Both the position numbers and the translations under genes were made by a program. The notes under the pieces are model-generated. The model was not told where the DNA came from and made no database searches. It worked only from the letters and a program-made list of their open reading frames with translations. A stretch of DNA of 64,000 nt from Octopus vulgaris (taxonomy: Eukaryota): the NCBI GenBank assembly GCA_951406725.2, contig OX597815.1, forward strand, positions 71,982,001 to 72,046,000. The letters are read 5' to 3'. Below, in pieces: positions 51,734 through 64,000 of this stretch. Numbering within the stretch: position 1 is the stretch's first letter; each line of letters starts with the position of its first letter.

Positions 51734-52152
51734 GTAAGGATTGGCTTGGACATCTTGGAATTTCAACTTCAATAAGGACTGGCTTTTTTTTTTTTCACTT
51801 TTACTCACATGCTTTTGGATTCCCAACCACATGCTTTTGGATTCAGTCGCACTGAATTGTGGAATTGGGCAATTATTTTATACTATAGCTATATATATAT
51901 ATTATTTAGTATACACAATACATGTTTATGTGTTACTAATAGTTCCATATGTTGAGAAATACTTCAAACATTTTCATCAGACACAATCTACATATAATGA
52001 ACTAAAAATTGAAACTATTAGTAACATATATAAACACGTGTATATTATATGATATTTATCTCTCACCAGATGGAGTACTTTTTTTTGTTGATTTTACCAT
52101 CATGGAACTACATTATATATATATTAAAGATGATGTTTGTTATATTTTTCAG

Positions 52153-52268
52153 TCAGGGACTGGCTGATAACACTGTGATATCCAAGGTGAATGATGAATT
52201 GTGGGATATTGAACGCCCACTGGAAAAAGATTGCACCATCAAGTTTTTAAAATTTGATGACGATGAAG
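52153..52268 (+). CDS. TARS1: TARS exon 4
   Basis: (S)[38 protein letters not shown]. Confidence 0.96.
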
Positions 52269-53204
52269 GTAAAAATATCTGGTTATTTATCTAAGCAACT
52301 TCACTATAGTCACAATATTTAACCCTTTAACATTTAAACTGGCTTTATCCAACCCAAATATGTTACCTGTTTTATGTTCAAACCAACCAGGTCTGGTCTC
52401 TTACACTTACCCTACAATGTTATTCTAAAAGTATGTAGTCACATCATTGAAATCTCAAAGCTACGAGATAATGCATGATTAATTCAAAACATTGTGAATA
52501 AATAAGCATTACATTTTGACAGCGATCTGATCGCTAAAGGGTTAGATACAAAAAAACTTTATTTCACAACACTATTTTATATCTGGCCCATGTATTTTGT
52601 CCCAGCTTGGTGTTCACAGCACACAGTCAGTGAATGGTTTCTACTGATCTTTTTTATAAGGAAGCGAAATCTTTCGGTCATTTCTTAGTTGTCCTGCTAG
52701 GTATTTAATACTGATGAATGCAAAGTAGCTTGAAATGCATATATTAATTCATAGGGGTAGCTATGAAATGACATTGGTGCATACAGCTTTTGTCTAAAGC
52801 AAGAACTTTTCTCCATGGCAAACTGCAGTGAAAGTGGCCTTTATGCAAGTCAAATATATCCCAAAGATATTTGAACTCATGGAAAAGTTTTGTTTATTTT
52901 ACGACACTGCTTCACATGCCAATCATGTGTAATGTTAACATTTGGCTGCTATAAAGTAGTGAGCTAGCAGAATCATTAGCACAGCAGGCAAAATGCCTAG
53001 TGGTATTTTATCCATCTTTAGATTCTGAGTTCAAATTCTGTCGATGTCAACTTTGCTTTTTATCCTTTTGTGGTCTATAAAATAAGTACCAATTGAGCAC
53101 TGAGGTTGATGTAATTGACTTACCCCTTCCCTGAACTTGCTGTCCTTATGCCAAGATTTGAATTCAATATTTAGTTGATATACTCTTTTTTTTTTTTGTT
53201 CTAG

Positions 53205-53334
53205 GGAAGCAAGTATTTTGGCATTCCAGTGCACATATTCTTGGAGAGGCCATGGAACTGAAATATGGTGGCCACCTTTGTTATGGACCACCAATTGAGG
53301 GAGGCTTTTATTATGACATGTTCATTGATGATGG
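53205..53334 (+). CDS. TARS1: TARS exon 5 (editing domain HxxxH)
   Basis: [42 protein letters not shown]. Confidence 0.97.
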
Positions 53335-54519
53335 GTATGTATTTTTGTTACTGTTAATCTCTCCCGCTGTCCCAAGCCAAAAAAGGGGAGAGAAAGCTGT
53401 ACTCATTAGATTATTTCTCTTTATTCTACTGTGTAACACTGGTAGTAAATTCAGAGACTGCAAGGTCTCTGAGCTCTGTCAGTGTGTATGTATGTATGTC
53501 TCTCCCACCCACCCCTCTCATTGCTCATGGCCTTTGCAGATCTTCTTAATCTGATGAGATTGATACCGACACTGTTCCTCTTGAATCTTTGTGAGTCAGC
53601 GCCTCACCAAATGGGTTCCAGAGGGTTGATGTTCAGGAGAGGAGGGAAAGTCAGATTAGCGGAAAACCTTGAAGAAGGGGTGGATGGACACAACCAAGAT
53701 GAAGGGAACAGTAAAATTGAGTGAAGGCAGTATGAACCAGCCAACTCTGAGGAACAGAGGCCATTAATGTAGTGGAGAGTAAAGGCTGAGAAAGGAGGCA
53801 GAATGCCAGTGGGTCTGAGGCTGGAACATATCTCTGAGTGACTTTATGTCAATTATTTGTGTAGCTTTTTCGGGATGCAATCTAGGATGCTTATGTGTAC
53901 TGTAGTATCAGCACTGTCTCAGATGTGAGGGCAATAGTCTATTGTGGTCTTCAGTTGAGCTTTGAAGATTATCAGTAATTGTTGGGGGATCAAGTATGTT
54001 CTGGCCCTGAAGAGAAAAGTCATTTGTTGAGATGTGATCCCAGCTGTTTTAAGGATTTGCATTTACCATGAATGATTCTTTGTGATAGAGAAACTATTTT
54101 GTGAGTTGTGTCTGGTGAAAATAGAGATGCAAACATATTGGTTAAATTTTATTATTCTTTCTTCTGTCTCTCAAAATATTTGCTCGAAATACTCTGTATA
54201 GAATAATACATAAGCATAAGCAAAATAATGTTGTGCTAATGGGATAGCATTATTAGTGGACAGCAGTGAGAAATTACATGTTGTAAGAGAGCAGAGTAAT
54301 AGGGAAGGTCTAAATATAGGTGAATATGGATGTAAAAAGGACAAAGACAATAGTTCTTTATAAGACAGAACAAAAGGAAGTAAATGTAGGGGTAGATGGA
54401 CAGAAGCTTAAACAATTAAAAAAAATTTAGGACAAATAATATATCAGGAAGGTCACTATGAAAAGGAAATTAATAAGTAAAGCTAAAATATTTTATAAAT
54501 ATGAAAAAGACCTTCATAT

Positions 54520-54960
54520 CAGAAGACAGAACACTGTACCTAAAATTGAGACTAATAAACTGCTATATTTTGCTGATTGTCTTCTACTTGGTAAGAACTT
54601 GGACTATGTTGGAGAAAAAGCTGGAAACCATTGAGTTGTAGATCTTTTGCAGATTGAACAGATTAAGCTGGAAAGACTGGGCAACAAATGCTGTAATAGT
54701 AGAAAAGCTGAAAATTAAAGACACTTTTTGTCAAGAATCAAGTCAACAAAGTTGTCATATTTAGGACATAACAATGTACCACAAGTCATTACCTATGACA
54801 ATCCTGATAGAAAGTGTGAAAGGGAAGAGACCAGGAGGCCATTAAAGACATTTGTGGACTGATACCATGAAAGAATGGATTGGAAACAAGAGCCTGACTG
54901 ATTGTATGCATGCAGCACAGAGGGAATTGGTGAGTCTTAACAGGCTGACCCTTTGACACA
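54520..54960 (+). mobile_element. Degraded RTE-like LINE 3' fragment
   Basis: WTM..KLETIEL..RLNRLSWKD..LSYLGH..GKRPGG..WTDTMKEW-like remnants. Confidence 0.55.
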
Positions 54961-55186
54961 GTGAGGGCTCCTGACTGATGGCTACTCTGAAATTAAACTT
55001 ATTTTGCTATGATATCCACATTTAAAATATACATTCTGTTGCACCATAACTTTACAGAAATAGACACAAGATCTTTCATTATTTCTCTTTCTCTTACTTT
55101 ACTGTATCGAGTTCACTTATCCCTTTATTTAGACATTGAACTGTTTCCACATCTTCCATTATATTACATATTATCTTTTGCTTCAG

Positions 55187-55304
55187 GCAAGTATCAAGTA
55201 ATGATTATAACACCCTTGAAACTGCTGTCAAGTCAATAGTGAAAGAGAAGCAACCTTTTGAAAGATTAGAAGTGAAGAAAGAAGATCTTTTAGAGATGTT
55301 TAAG
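55187..55304 (+). CDS. TARS1: TARS exon 6
   Basis: [39 protein letters not shown]. Confidence 0.97.
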
Positions 55305-55703
55305 GTATTTACAGCTGGAACAAAGCTACTTTCACTTTGACAAGATTAATATACTTATTTCTCAAATTGAATAAATTACTTTGCTTTAGGGGAAGTGAAG
55401 TCTAACATTTTGATTGCTCAACAAAAAATTCTCTGTAAAGGGCCTGACTTTTCTTCTTTACAGCAAAATCATTTATTCCATTTTTTAACACAAACCATCA
55501 GCAATTTCTTTGGATTTTCTGTTGTTTGATGTCTGTTTTTCCATGCTTGATTAGGTTAGATGAGAAAACATTTGAGGAAAGATTTTTACAGCCAGATGCT
55601 CATTGTTTTATCATGACCTGTAAAGAATCCTGCTAGCCTAAAAATAATCTGGATTATAGCATTAATGATAATTTTGTCAAATTTTCTTCGTCTCTTCCTT
55701 CAG

Positions 55704-55768
55704 TATAACAAATTCAAGCAAAGAATTCTGAATGAGAAAGTCACCACGCCAACAACTACGGTATATCG
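55704..55768 (+). CDS. TARS1: TARS exon 7
   Basis: YNKFKQRILNEKVTTPTTTVY(R). Confidence 0.97.
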
Positions 55769-56989
55769 GTAAGTAAAACATGATTTTCTTATCTCATCGT
55801 GTTTATGATTTACCTACGTAAACATATGTGAAATTGATGGACAAAACCATTTCCCTCAAACCTTTTATTGGTACTCAAAAGTCTGCAATCAAAGCTTACT
55901 TGTTGATCATTAGTTATTTAGTCTTGGCTGCTCTACAAACAAAGAAAAAGCTTCATTCATTCCAAGATTTTGTTTCCTTCATTACACATTGTTATGGTTT
56001 GAAATGTAATCTCACAGAGCAAGCAATATTTCTAAACATGTAATTATTAAGTAGATAAGATTCCAAGTGCTTGATAAAGTTAATGATGATTATCATCATC
56101 ATTTGCTGTCTGTTTTCCATGCTGGCATGGGTTGGATGGTTTCACAAGATCCAGGCAAGTCGCAGGGCCACATCAAGCTTCAGTGTCAGGTTTGGCATGG
56201 TGTCTACAGCTGGATGCCTTTCCTAATGCCAAGCTGCTTTACAGAGTGAAGTGGATGCGTTTTCCCTGGCACCAGCATTAGTGAGGTTGCCACATAACTT
56301 GCAAGATAAAAGAACAGAAAGACAGAAAAAGGAGAAAAGCCCCCTCAACTAAATAGGGGGAACTCAAAAATCATCATCATTATCACCACCACTACCGCCA
56401 CTTCCATCATCATCATCATCATCATTACCACCCATTTTTTATGTTGGTATGGATTGCAGAACTGCATTGAGCTCCAGTCTCTCAGTTTTGACATGGTTTC
56501 TACCCCTTCCTAACACCAATCATTTTATATTGGGTGCTTCTTTTTCATGCCTCTGGCACTAATGAGGTCAAATAATTTGCAAAATAAAGTAAGGAAAAGG
56601 TCCTCTTCACTGTGTGGAGAGTATACTTGAGAGAGGAGGAGGTGGCTTTATGGAAGCTGTTGCAAAGCTAAAAAGTATGATGGAAAGACAGACAGAGGTG
56701 TCTTGCTATAGAAGATATACATGGTTTTCTTGCATTATATAATGGTTGGTGTAGTAACTGGAAAGAGGTTAAAAAGGCCGGTGATGAAGTACCCGAATGA
56801 ACTTTCAAGGTACAAGGAGGTGATTATGTGAGAATACAAACAGTGGATCAAAAGCAAAAGGAGAGGGTTGATAATTTCATAAGAGTGTGAGAGGAGAGTG
56901 ATGTCACTAAGGCTGGATGTGGGGCTGATATCCGAAGCATTCAAGCAGGTGGCTGGCTCTGTTAGTACCAGAGTAAGAGGAAATGTGTT

Positions 56990-57335
56990 AAGCTGGTGGA
57001 TCTATGCAAAAGCAATGAGTGGGAAGCAAGGTGGTATCCCATCAAGGTGAGATGCAGAGGGTTTGCAAGCCAGTAGGCAGGAAGGTCATCAGGTTGGCTG
57101 TGGAGGTAGTGGAAGTTACCTCAAGACAGTTGTGGATCAGCTCCTGATCCACAGCTATCTTGAGGTAACCTAGAAGGGGCAGGCAATGATGTCAGGGGTA
57201 GTGGTAACTGGACACTTGCTGAGGTTTGATCAACCTTGGCTGGGTCACCTGAATCAGTGTATCTGATGTTGAAAGATTCAAAACACCTGATGACCCCAGG
57301 AAGCATCACTGATGATGCATCCTGGTGCATTACAG
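56990..57335 (+). mobile_element. Degraded 3' end of a restriction-like-endonuclease non-LTR element (Hero/NeSL-like)
   Basis: WYPIKVRCRGFA..S.WLW-like remnant, resembling PVEVGCRGF..WLW, followed by a 3' UTR. Confidence 0.4.
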
Positions 57336-57417
57336 GATGATATATGAAAAAAATCTACATACAAAAAATATTTTAATTCTTACTGTTTTGAAATGAAATT
57401 TTTTCTTCTCTGACCAG

Positions 57418-57496
57418 ATGTGGGTCTCTGATTGACTTGTGTCGCGGGCCTCACATAAGACACACTGGTAAAGTGAAAGCTCTTGCTGTTACCAAG
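57418..57496 (+). CDS. TARS1: TARS exon 8 (DLCRGPH editing motif)
   Basis: [26 protein letters not shown]. Confidence 0.97.
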
Positions 57497-57764
57497 GTAA
57501 TTTTCATTTTGTTTTTCACCACCTTTATAAAAACTTACTTTCAAAGTGGGATTTTATTTCCCCTTTCACTTTTCCTAATTTTATCACAGTACACCACCTG
57601 ATGTTCTACTGCCTAATGGCTTGGACATTCTTTAAAAACATATGTTCGAACCCTGCTACAGGCATTGCAATGTACATGTCCTTAGTCAAGTCACATTACT
57701 TTTTACTCTATACAAACTTAAGTAAAATAGAATATCATGTATTTCTATTGTTTGGTTTTCATGT

Positions 57765-57985
57765 TGTCATTGTAAAGCTGTATGTCATCATAACTATAAA
57801 GCTACATGTTATAACTATAAGCTACATGTCATAATTGTAAAGCTAGATGCTGCCATAACTATCAGCTACATTTCATAATTGTAAAGCTACATGGTATCAT
57901 AATTATGAAATTTCATTTAATCACAGTTAAAGGCTACATGTCAATAATTGTAAAGTTACACGTCGTAATTAGAAAGTTACATGAT
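57765..57985. repeat. About 21-23-bp minisatellite
   Basis: Repeated ATAA(T/C)T(G/A)TAAAGCTACATGTC units, about 9 diverged copies. Confidence 0.8.
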
Positions 57986-58178
57986 AGTGAGTGATGGTAG
58001 CATTTTCTTGCCAAAAGTGCAGCTGGCAGACTTAACCTAGTCTCCTTTAAAAGTTTGTACCCATCACATACATTATCATTTTTTTCCTGAATAAATTATC
58101 CATGCATCATTTTCTCTTACCTTCCTCCCACTTATATATTACTTTCTTTCTCCTCCCCCCCCTCTCTCTTTTCTATAG

Positions 58179-58325
58179 AATTCCTCCACTTATTGGGAAG
58201 GTAAGGCTGATGCTGAATCTTTAAACAGGATATATGGTATATCCTTCCCAGAACCAAAACAAATGAAGGAATGGAAACATTTGCAAGAGGAAGCAGCAAA
58301 GAGAGACCATCGTAAGATAGGCCGG
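58179..58325 (+). CDS. TARS1: TARS exon 9
   Basis: [49 protein letters not shown]. Confidence 0.97.
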
Positions 58326-59747
58326 GTAAGTAGAATGTTTCATTGTTGTGTTCTATGATGCAAGGTTAGTTTCTTTTCTGTATAACATGGGTGGGGAGTA
58401 ACTTTATGGAAATATAGTGGTGGTGGTGGTGGTGGCAATTACTGTTGTTTAACCCCAGGTCAATCCTGGTCAAGCAAATTTATGGTCAAAGATGTTCCTT
58501 CCACAATCATCTGTCTTTTGTTCAGATAGGCATGTGCATGGCTATGTGGTTAAGAAGCTTGCTTCCCGACAATGTGATCTTAGGTTCAGTCTCACTGTAT
58601 GGCACCTTGGGTGTCTTCTACTATAGCTCTGGACTGACTGAAGACCTGTTAGTGGATTTAGTAGATGGAAACTGAAAGAAGCCTGTCATAGATGTGTGTT
58701 TTTGTGCAGCCTTGTTTAGACACCAGGTGTTGTTATAAACAAGCGTTATTGTCATACAGCTGATGTTGTTCATTTCCAGTCTTCTGTGAAAAACGTCCTT
58801 GTTTGAATAAATATGAGGGTTGGCGACAGGAAGGGCATCCAGCTGAAAAGTATCTACCTCAACAAATTCTGTCTGATCGTGCAAGCATATAAAAGTGGAT
58901 GTTAAATGATGATGATGATGATACTGTGACTAAATGTTCTGGTTTTCAAGTGATACTGCTGGACAAGGCCTCCTAGAGAATTTTAGGAAGGCACATCAAA
59001 ACTACTTACACTCCTCAGGGATCAAGGCAGAAGCCTCTCAAAATTCAAGAGGCTGAACCCTGTTTTGGAAATTGAGGATACAACAGATAGGCCCCTCTTT
59101 GGCTCTCCAGATTCCAAGCCAATATTCTGACAAATTCACAAACCCCTCCCTCCCCTTATTGGCACTGGTGCTGGATTCTCAGTTTTCTGTACTCTGACAA
59201 CAGAGTTCATTCTTATTTCACTGATTGCTTTCAACTCAACATTACATAGAAAATTAACCTTTATTTCTGTAGTTTTTTTTTTTTTTTGTGAAATACAACC
59301 TTCTTTTTAACAAGCTATGGACGGAACGAGACAAACAGTTGTTGGTTCTTGTTCCATTGCTGTCTATGGTCAATGTTTTTTGGTCGTGTTAACTTCCCTT
59401 TGTTAAGGAACATGGTCCAATGATTAGGGTGTTAGACTTATGAATATAAGGTTGTGAGTTGTGTTCCTTGATTAGATGGTGCATTATTTTCTTGCCAGTA
59501 CAGCCCCCTTTTATTCTAGCAGTCATATCCTTGATATTTTGAGGGCGGCAAGCCATTTGTAACTATAGAGAGGTACATAACACAAGTAGTGAAAGCATGG
59601 TACATGCCATAAAGTCATATTTGATTGCATGTGATAGCTCTGGATATATATTTAAGGGGTTTAGGAAGAACCAAAGAGAATGAGAATCAGCGCTGGATCT
59701 TGATTTCTTGTACTTAACCTGCCATTTGTTTCATTTCTCTTTTTCAG

Positions 59748-59846
59748 GAACAAGAACTGTTTTTCTTTCATGAACAAAGTCCAGGTAGTTGCTTTTTCCT
59801 ACCAAAAGGGGCCCACATTTATAATAAACTTATTGAATTTATTAGA
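59748..59846 (+). CDS. TARS1: TARS exon 10
   Basis: [33 protein letters not shown]. Confidence 0.97.
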
Positions 59847-60820
59847 GTAGGTATACCTTTTAAATTTCAATTTATTTAATTTTTTTGATATTTTTGTTGT
59901 CGCAACAATGCTCCCTTCATTCTGACTTTAGTTCTTTATTATATCAGTCTAATGACTGACATAAGTAAAAGAAGATAGTCACAATTTATTCTCCATAAAA
60001 AGAAACCTATCTCTGCAAAATTTCATTATAAAAAGGTATATTTTTCAGAGATATCTGATATTAACTCTTTTCATCTCTCTCTCTCTCTCTTTTTTTGTAA
60101 AGTTCAATTGGAGAATTGAAGTGATTCTGCTTAAACCTTCCAATAATTGTTGATTTTCGTAATAGTATTTATTCTATGTAATCTCTATAAAATATCTCTA
60201 CTATTTTTTGTGATAGCTCCAGCTGTTTTTCTTCATTTCCTTTTAGCATTTGCATACTATGAAGGAATGAATTTTGAAATTATTTGTTTTTAATGGTCAA
60301 ACTTGAAAGTAAATAAAGCTATAAATAATGGCATGTAAATATTGGGGTAAAAAAATCCCTTGGGATAGGAAAAGTCAAAGACTATTCTGTCATGTTTACA
60401 AAAGATAGGGGTTCACGTCTTTCAGACAGCCTTCAACTTTTGTCTATCCAAAACGATTTTTTAAGCCTTTAGCATTTAAAATGGCCATACCCGGCCAGAA
60501 TATTCTACCTATTTTATGTTCAAACCAACCAGATCTTGCCTGTCACACCTACCCTACAATGTCTTTCTAAAAATAAACAATCACATCATTGAAATCTCAC
60601 AACTATGAACTAATGAACAATTAATTCAAAACAGTGTGAATAACTAAGCAATACATTTGACAGTAATCTAAATACTTAAGAGTTAAGATAGTATATATAT
60701 ATGCTAATATTTATAGCTTTGTCAACTGTTAAAAATAAATTATTTCATGTTCTCTCAAAGTTTCTAAATTCTTATGATGTAAAAACAAATTTTGATTTTC
60801 TTTCTTTTCTTCTTTCACAG

Positions 60821-60916
60821 AGTGAATACTGGAAAAGGGGTTTCCAAGAAGTAGTGACCCCTAATATTTACAACAGTAAACTATGGGAAATTTCAGGCCA
60901 TTGGCAGCACTATGCG
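60821..60916 (+). CDS. TARS1: TARS exon 11 (class II motif 1); gene continues beyond the window
   Basis: [32 protein letters not shown]|gtaatt. Confidence 0.97.
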
Positions 60917-61256
60917 GTAATTTTTCCAATTCAATTTTTATTCAAAATATGATTCCTGCATACTGTATAATAATTCTATGTTTGGGCCTCTGGGTATAGT
61001 AAAATTTAATTTAGAACTATATAGTTGAAGGACATGAGTTCAAATTCTTTCACTTGCAACTGATTCTACTGTATATTTTAGCAAAAAAAAAATAATAATG
61101 CCCCCCCCCCTCCCAAGAAACCCACAAATTTTTGTCACTTCTGTTGAGAAAACCACTGGTTTATCTCTGGCAATTTAGATTTTAGTGATGTTTATTATAA
61201 TTTGTATTTAAGTGTAAATACATAATGGAATGACAAATGTTTGGATTTATAATCCA

Positions 61257-62740
61257 AGTGTCTGCCTTACGACACACTGAGCAAGGAGAATTTATTTTGC
61301 GGCACACCAAATAAAAATCCAGAATTTTCAGCATTGAAGAAACATATTATTTCAGTTTACAAAGAGATAAATCGAGAGAGCACTTTTCCTTTCAAGAGCC
61401 ATCGCACCTCTGTATGAGGCAGTAAGCACTTAAAATCAGAATCCATAGTTTCACATAGGGATGCAAAAAGTCTGCACCATAGGGGACGTGATCTTATGTA
61501 ATTCACCACTTTAACAGCATTGCCCTTCGTCTTCAGAAGACCATCAGGTAGAGATTTTGACACCAAAAGTTTGCAGTGAATCATGCAATGTACAATTTTA
61601 ACTTGTGAATTTTTTTGTAATACATGAGCCATGAAGCCTTTTTTTTTTTCACCTTGCATGGATGGTGCACCATCAGTGCAAATGTTAATACAAGTTTGCC
61701 ACTGCATTTCTCTCAATATGACATTTTGGTTTACCAGGTTAAAGACATCTGTTGTTCTTTCTTTCAATTCACAAGAAAAGAGAAACTGACTTATGATTTT
61801 ACCACCTCTGATGATTCACAGAAATGAAATTAGTTGAGCTTTGTTGCTGATGTCTGTAGTTTCATTGATTTGTAAGGCCCACAAGATTTTGAGTTCACTT
61901 TTTGCTTCAGGGAAATGTTTGCAGAGCTAATCATCAATGTCTCACGTAATGTCTTGAATTTTATGAGAAAGTGTGTGGGCAGACAAAGGAATGGTCTGAA
62001 TTTGTTTGGCGATTTCATCACTAATCATTGTGTCAACGATGATCTCCAAGGCTGGTAAAATTGCTTTCAGCATCAGAATATGGTTTTTTCTTCTTTACCA
62101 AAAGCTGGGCAGTCTTGTAACTAGTGATTTGAGCTTTCTTGTGAATTGAATGAAATTTCTTCAGCCTTTTTGATTGAATTTTAAAATAATTTTTTAGTAT
62201 TTCAAAGTATTCTTTTGGTTTGTCCTTATGTTGCGGATGATTTGTTATTAAATGACTTTGAAGTTTCCTGGGAACCATCGCTTCATCTGAGAGTGTTGTT
62301 AAACAAATGATACCGAGTTATCTTTCTCTGGTAATATAAAACCATATTGGATGTGATTTTCTTTATATTTTTGGTTTGATGAGGTGCACTTTTTATTCTG
62401 GTGTTCATCTTCTTTGCTATGACTCTCTTTCTCATTTTTCTGAGGTCTCGAAAAATTTGTCTATGTTTAAATCTAAAACTAAAAATCAATTAAAATTTAC
62501 ATAAAATAATTTATGTAAATTATAAATAAATCAAAAATTAAAAACTACTAGGACTACTAAACAATTTACTTCCAGATAATCCCAGTTTAAATGCAAAAAT
62601 GTAATATATTGTAGCAAAACTATATTTTACAATTTATACAATTAATTTATATTTATGCTTAAATTTTGTGAATGTTCTTGGATTGTTGTTTCCCTAAAAT
62701 CCCAAAAATATTTTTGCGGCACACAGTTTGGCAGACACTG
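61257..62740 (-). mobile_element. hAT (Buster/Charlie-like) transposon, internally deleted and decayed
   Basis: PRKLQSHLITNHP; ICTDGAPSM..VHCMIH..KVVNYIRSRPL..RLF..LC..LLPHTEVRWL.KGKVLSRF. CAGTGTCTGCC-type inverted termini. Confidence 0.9.
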
Positions 62741-64000
62741 CTTTAAAACATATATATTCTACAAACAGAAAACATTTTATTGAAAAACGAATTGGACAGA
62801 AACATATAAAAAGGCTCTTACTTAAAATTGACAAGTCTAATTTCAGTATTATTCTTTGGAGTGCTGCTAGTCTTTTTTTTTTTTATGTGGTACATAGTTT
62901 TCACTTTCTGTTTGTAAAATATAAACACCATATCCTGTTTTGTCTTCAACTTTCAAAACTTCCATACTCATCAACTGATTCTAAATTGTCTTTTAAAATA
63001 CATTTGATTGAATTTTCCTTCATCCTTGCCAGAATATTCTAATTCCTGTGGTACTTCTGCAGTTGTGAACATCATATGTCTTGCTCTTTCCTCTCCAGAT
63101 GTGTCTGGTTACAGTCAGCTTCACTTCCTAGTACAAAAAAATTTTTAATTAAATTAAATAATTCTAAAGAATATTTTATCTTCGAGCCAACATTTGTAAA
63201 CAAACTAATACTGTAGTGACAACAAATATTTATTCTGCCTGGCTGATTTATTCTTAATTTGACCAGGTTTTAATGTGGGCACAGCATGGCTGTGGGGTTA
63301 AGAACCTTCCTTCATAACCATATGGTCTCAAGTTCAGTCTCACTGTGGAATTTTGGGAAAATGTCTTCTACTATAGCTCTGGACTAAGTAAAGCCCTGTT
63401 AGTGGATTTGGATGATAGAAACTGAAAGAAGCCTGTTGTATGTTTGTGTGTAATTTTGTCTTGACATCACACGATAGTTGTAAATGAGCATCACCACCAT
63501 ACAAATGAGGTTGTTTGTTTCTTGTCTTCCATGAAAATTATGTCTGGTTATGGGGAAGTGTTACCTTTCTTGGAAACAGATGAGGGTTGGCAACACAAAA
63601 GGGCATCTGGGTATAAAAAATCTGCCTCAGCAGATTCCAGCTGACCCATGCAAGCATGAAAAATGGATGTATTTAACAGAATAGTCTGAATACTAAAGGG
63701 TTAAATGATGATGATGATTCTATCTAATTTCCATTAACCATTTAGCATTTAAACCTGCTATATCTGACCCAAATATTCTATGTGTTTTACATTCAAACTG
63801 GCCATATCCAGCCTCTCACACCTCAAAGCTATCAGATAATAATTAATTCAAAACAATTTGAATAAAAAGGCATTACATTTATTAGAGTAATCTGAATGCT
63901 GATGCGTTAAATTGGTAATTCTAGAAAGTGTCAAGTCTGAAATTCTCAGTGTGGTAGGAGTAACAGCTTGACAGGGTTTATATATTTTTCTTTAATATGT

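Overview
AT-rich, intron- and repeat-dense animal genomic DNA. The SINE and RTE families and microsatellites point to an octopus (inference). Two protein-coding genes are arranged head-to-head about 10 kb apart. KRTCAP2 (oligosaccharyltransferase accessory subunit; minus strand, 5 coding exons, 31005->16572, 129 aa) is complete, and its second intron is U12-type. Threonyl-tRNA synthetase (TARS; plus strand, 11 exons visible, 40999->60916) continues past the window. TARS appears to have two competing first exons: a cytosolic N-terminus ending at a GC donor, and, 55 nt downstream, a mitochondrial-presequence-like exon with a GT donor. ATF4/CARE and NRF1-like motifs lie just upstream. The rest is mariner, Tc1, pogo, hAT and Merlin relics, MITEs, an RTE LINE, Penelope-like GIY-YIG relics with inverted ends, tRNA-derived SINEs, a near-perfect 226-bp hairpin, and a set of hammerhead-ribozyme-like motifs that share an atypical core. 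All coordinates were read by eye; exon boundaries were phase-checked, while repeat boundaries are approximate.
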